64,000 nt of DNA from an uncultured Armatimonadia bacterium (lineage in GTDB: Bacteria > Armatimonadota > Zipacnadia > CAVVLO01). The notes under the pieces are model-generated. The model had not been told where the DNA came from. It did no database searches and saw nothing but the letters and a program-made list of their open reading frames with translations. The stretch covers positions 224,001 to 288,000 of the forward strand of contig CAVVLO010000002.1 in the NCBI GenBank assembly GCA_963749155.1. The letters are read 5' to 3'. Positions 63,055 through 64,000 of the stretch are shown here, one piece after another; position 1 is the stretch's first letter, and every line of letters starts with the position of its first letter. A program made the position numbers and the translations under genes.

Positions 63055-63183
63055 TGGCGGGCCTCCTCTGGCTGAGTTACTGGCCCAATATGCGCCTTCA
63101 GGAGGGGGCTTCCTGCTGAAGGAGAGCAGTGGTATTACGTCGAAACGGCTCTTAATACTGTCCTGAAGGAGCTGAACCAGGCG

Positions 63184-63999
63184 ATGGGAGATGTTCGAGA
63201 TATTCGCCAGGGGTTGCAGATACCAACGGTAGAGGGCGGATATGCCGATCAGCCCTTCATCGTGGTGAATGACGATGGGAGTTGGCTGTGTGTTGTCACG
63301 ACAGGGCCAGGAGAAGAAGGCGCGCCCGGCCAGCATGTGGCAGCGCTCCTCAGTGAAGACCTCGGCCAGAGCTGGAGCAAGCCGGTGGCGCTCGAAGACC
63401 CGACAGGGCCGGAATCCTCCTATGCGGCGCCGCTTAAGACGCCCTCTGGGCGCGTGTATGTCTTCTACAACTACAATCGGGACAATCTGCGCGAGGTGAT
63501 TGCCGACCCTCCCTATAACGTGACGCGGCGGGTGGATACGCAAGGGGCGTATGTCTACAGATATTCAGATGATGGGGGCAGGACCTGGTCGAAGGAGCGG
63601 TATGAGATACCAGTAAGGGCCTTCGAGCTGGACCTCGCGAATCCATATGGGGGCGAGGTGCGGTTCTTCTGGAGCACGGCGATGCCCTTTATATACGAAG
63701 GAGTCGTTTATCAGTGGCTGTATAAGGTGGGGCGCTTCGGGGCGGGGTTCCTCGTGCAGACTGAAGGGGCGCTGCTGGCGAGTGACAACCTGCTGAGCGA
63801 ACCTGATCCGGCAAAGCACAGGTGGCAGACTCTGCCGGAGGGCGATATCGGGGTGCGGATACCCGGCCAGTTAGTGAATGAGGAGCACAGCACGGTGGTG
63901 CTGTCGGACGGGACCTTCTACACAGTCTTCCGCACGACTCACGGCCTGGCGGCGAACGCCATCAGCCGCGACCGGGGACGTACCTGGCAGGTGGACTGG
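63184..63999 (+). CDS. BNR/Asp-box sialidase-like protein (partial, runs off the window)
   Basis: Hand translation: MGDVRDIRQG..YADQPFIV..SEDLGQSW..YSDDGGRTW..EEHS..SRDRGRTW; RBS AGGAG. Confidence 0.8.
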   Translation, partial: MGDVRDIRQGLQIPTVEGGYADQPFIVVNDDGSWLCVVTTGPGEEGAPGQHVAALLSEDLGQSWSKPVALEDPTGPESSYAAPLKTPSGRVYVFYNYNRDNLREVIADPPYNVTRRVDTQGAYVYRYSDDGGRTWSKERYEIPVRAFELDLANPYGGEVRFFWSTAMPFIYEGVVYQWLYKVGRFGAGFLVQTEGALLASDNLLSEPDPAKHRWQTLPEGDIGVRIPGQLVNEEHSTVVLSDGTFYTVFRTTHGLAANAISRDRGRTWQVDW

Positions 64000-64000
64000 C

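Noticed and set aside
1..64000. CRISPR array, tRNA/rRNA, IS element or prophage
   Set aside because: Intergenic gaps are all short. I saw no spaced direct repeats, cloverleafs, transposase, integrase or phage structural genes.

Overview
High-GC bacterial chromosomal window from a diderm (it encodes a TolC). Gene content and style suggest Armatimonadota, which is my inference. About two thirds of the window encodes secreted or cytoplasmic carbohydrate-active enzymes: GH55-like, GH78, GH38-like, GH14/42-like, GH20, GH29, two BNR sialidase-like proteins, a SASA esterase and several unclassified hydrolases. Other content: a TetR-TolC-HlyD efflux operon at the left edge, a DeoR-regulated amino-sugar or aminocyclitol-type catabolic cluster (12.8-22.9 kb), a MATE transporter, and two accessory modules. 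The first module is a secreted Ig-domain/zincin protein with an 18-nt poly-C tract in its 5' end, followed by a beta-propeller lipoprotein (23.0-26.9 kb). The second is a DUF3800 (phage P1 RlfA-like) gene plus an RlfB-like small protein gene, facing a ~65-nt two-hairpin small RNA that has its own sigma70 promoter and terminator (60.2-61.6 kb). I consider this second module the most interesting element: a candidate RNA-containing toxin-antitoxin or antiphage system. A recurrent SigH-like promoter motif (RMAGGR-N14/15-NNNGAA) precedes eight CAZyme-type genes or operons. About 17 apparent frameshifts, mostly single-base insertions, split otherwise intact genes and are most likely sequencing or assembly errors. 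I saw no rRNA, tRNA, CRISPR array or transposase.
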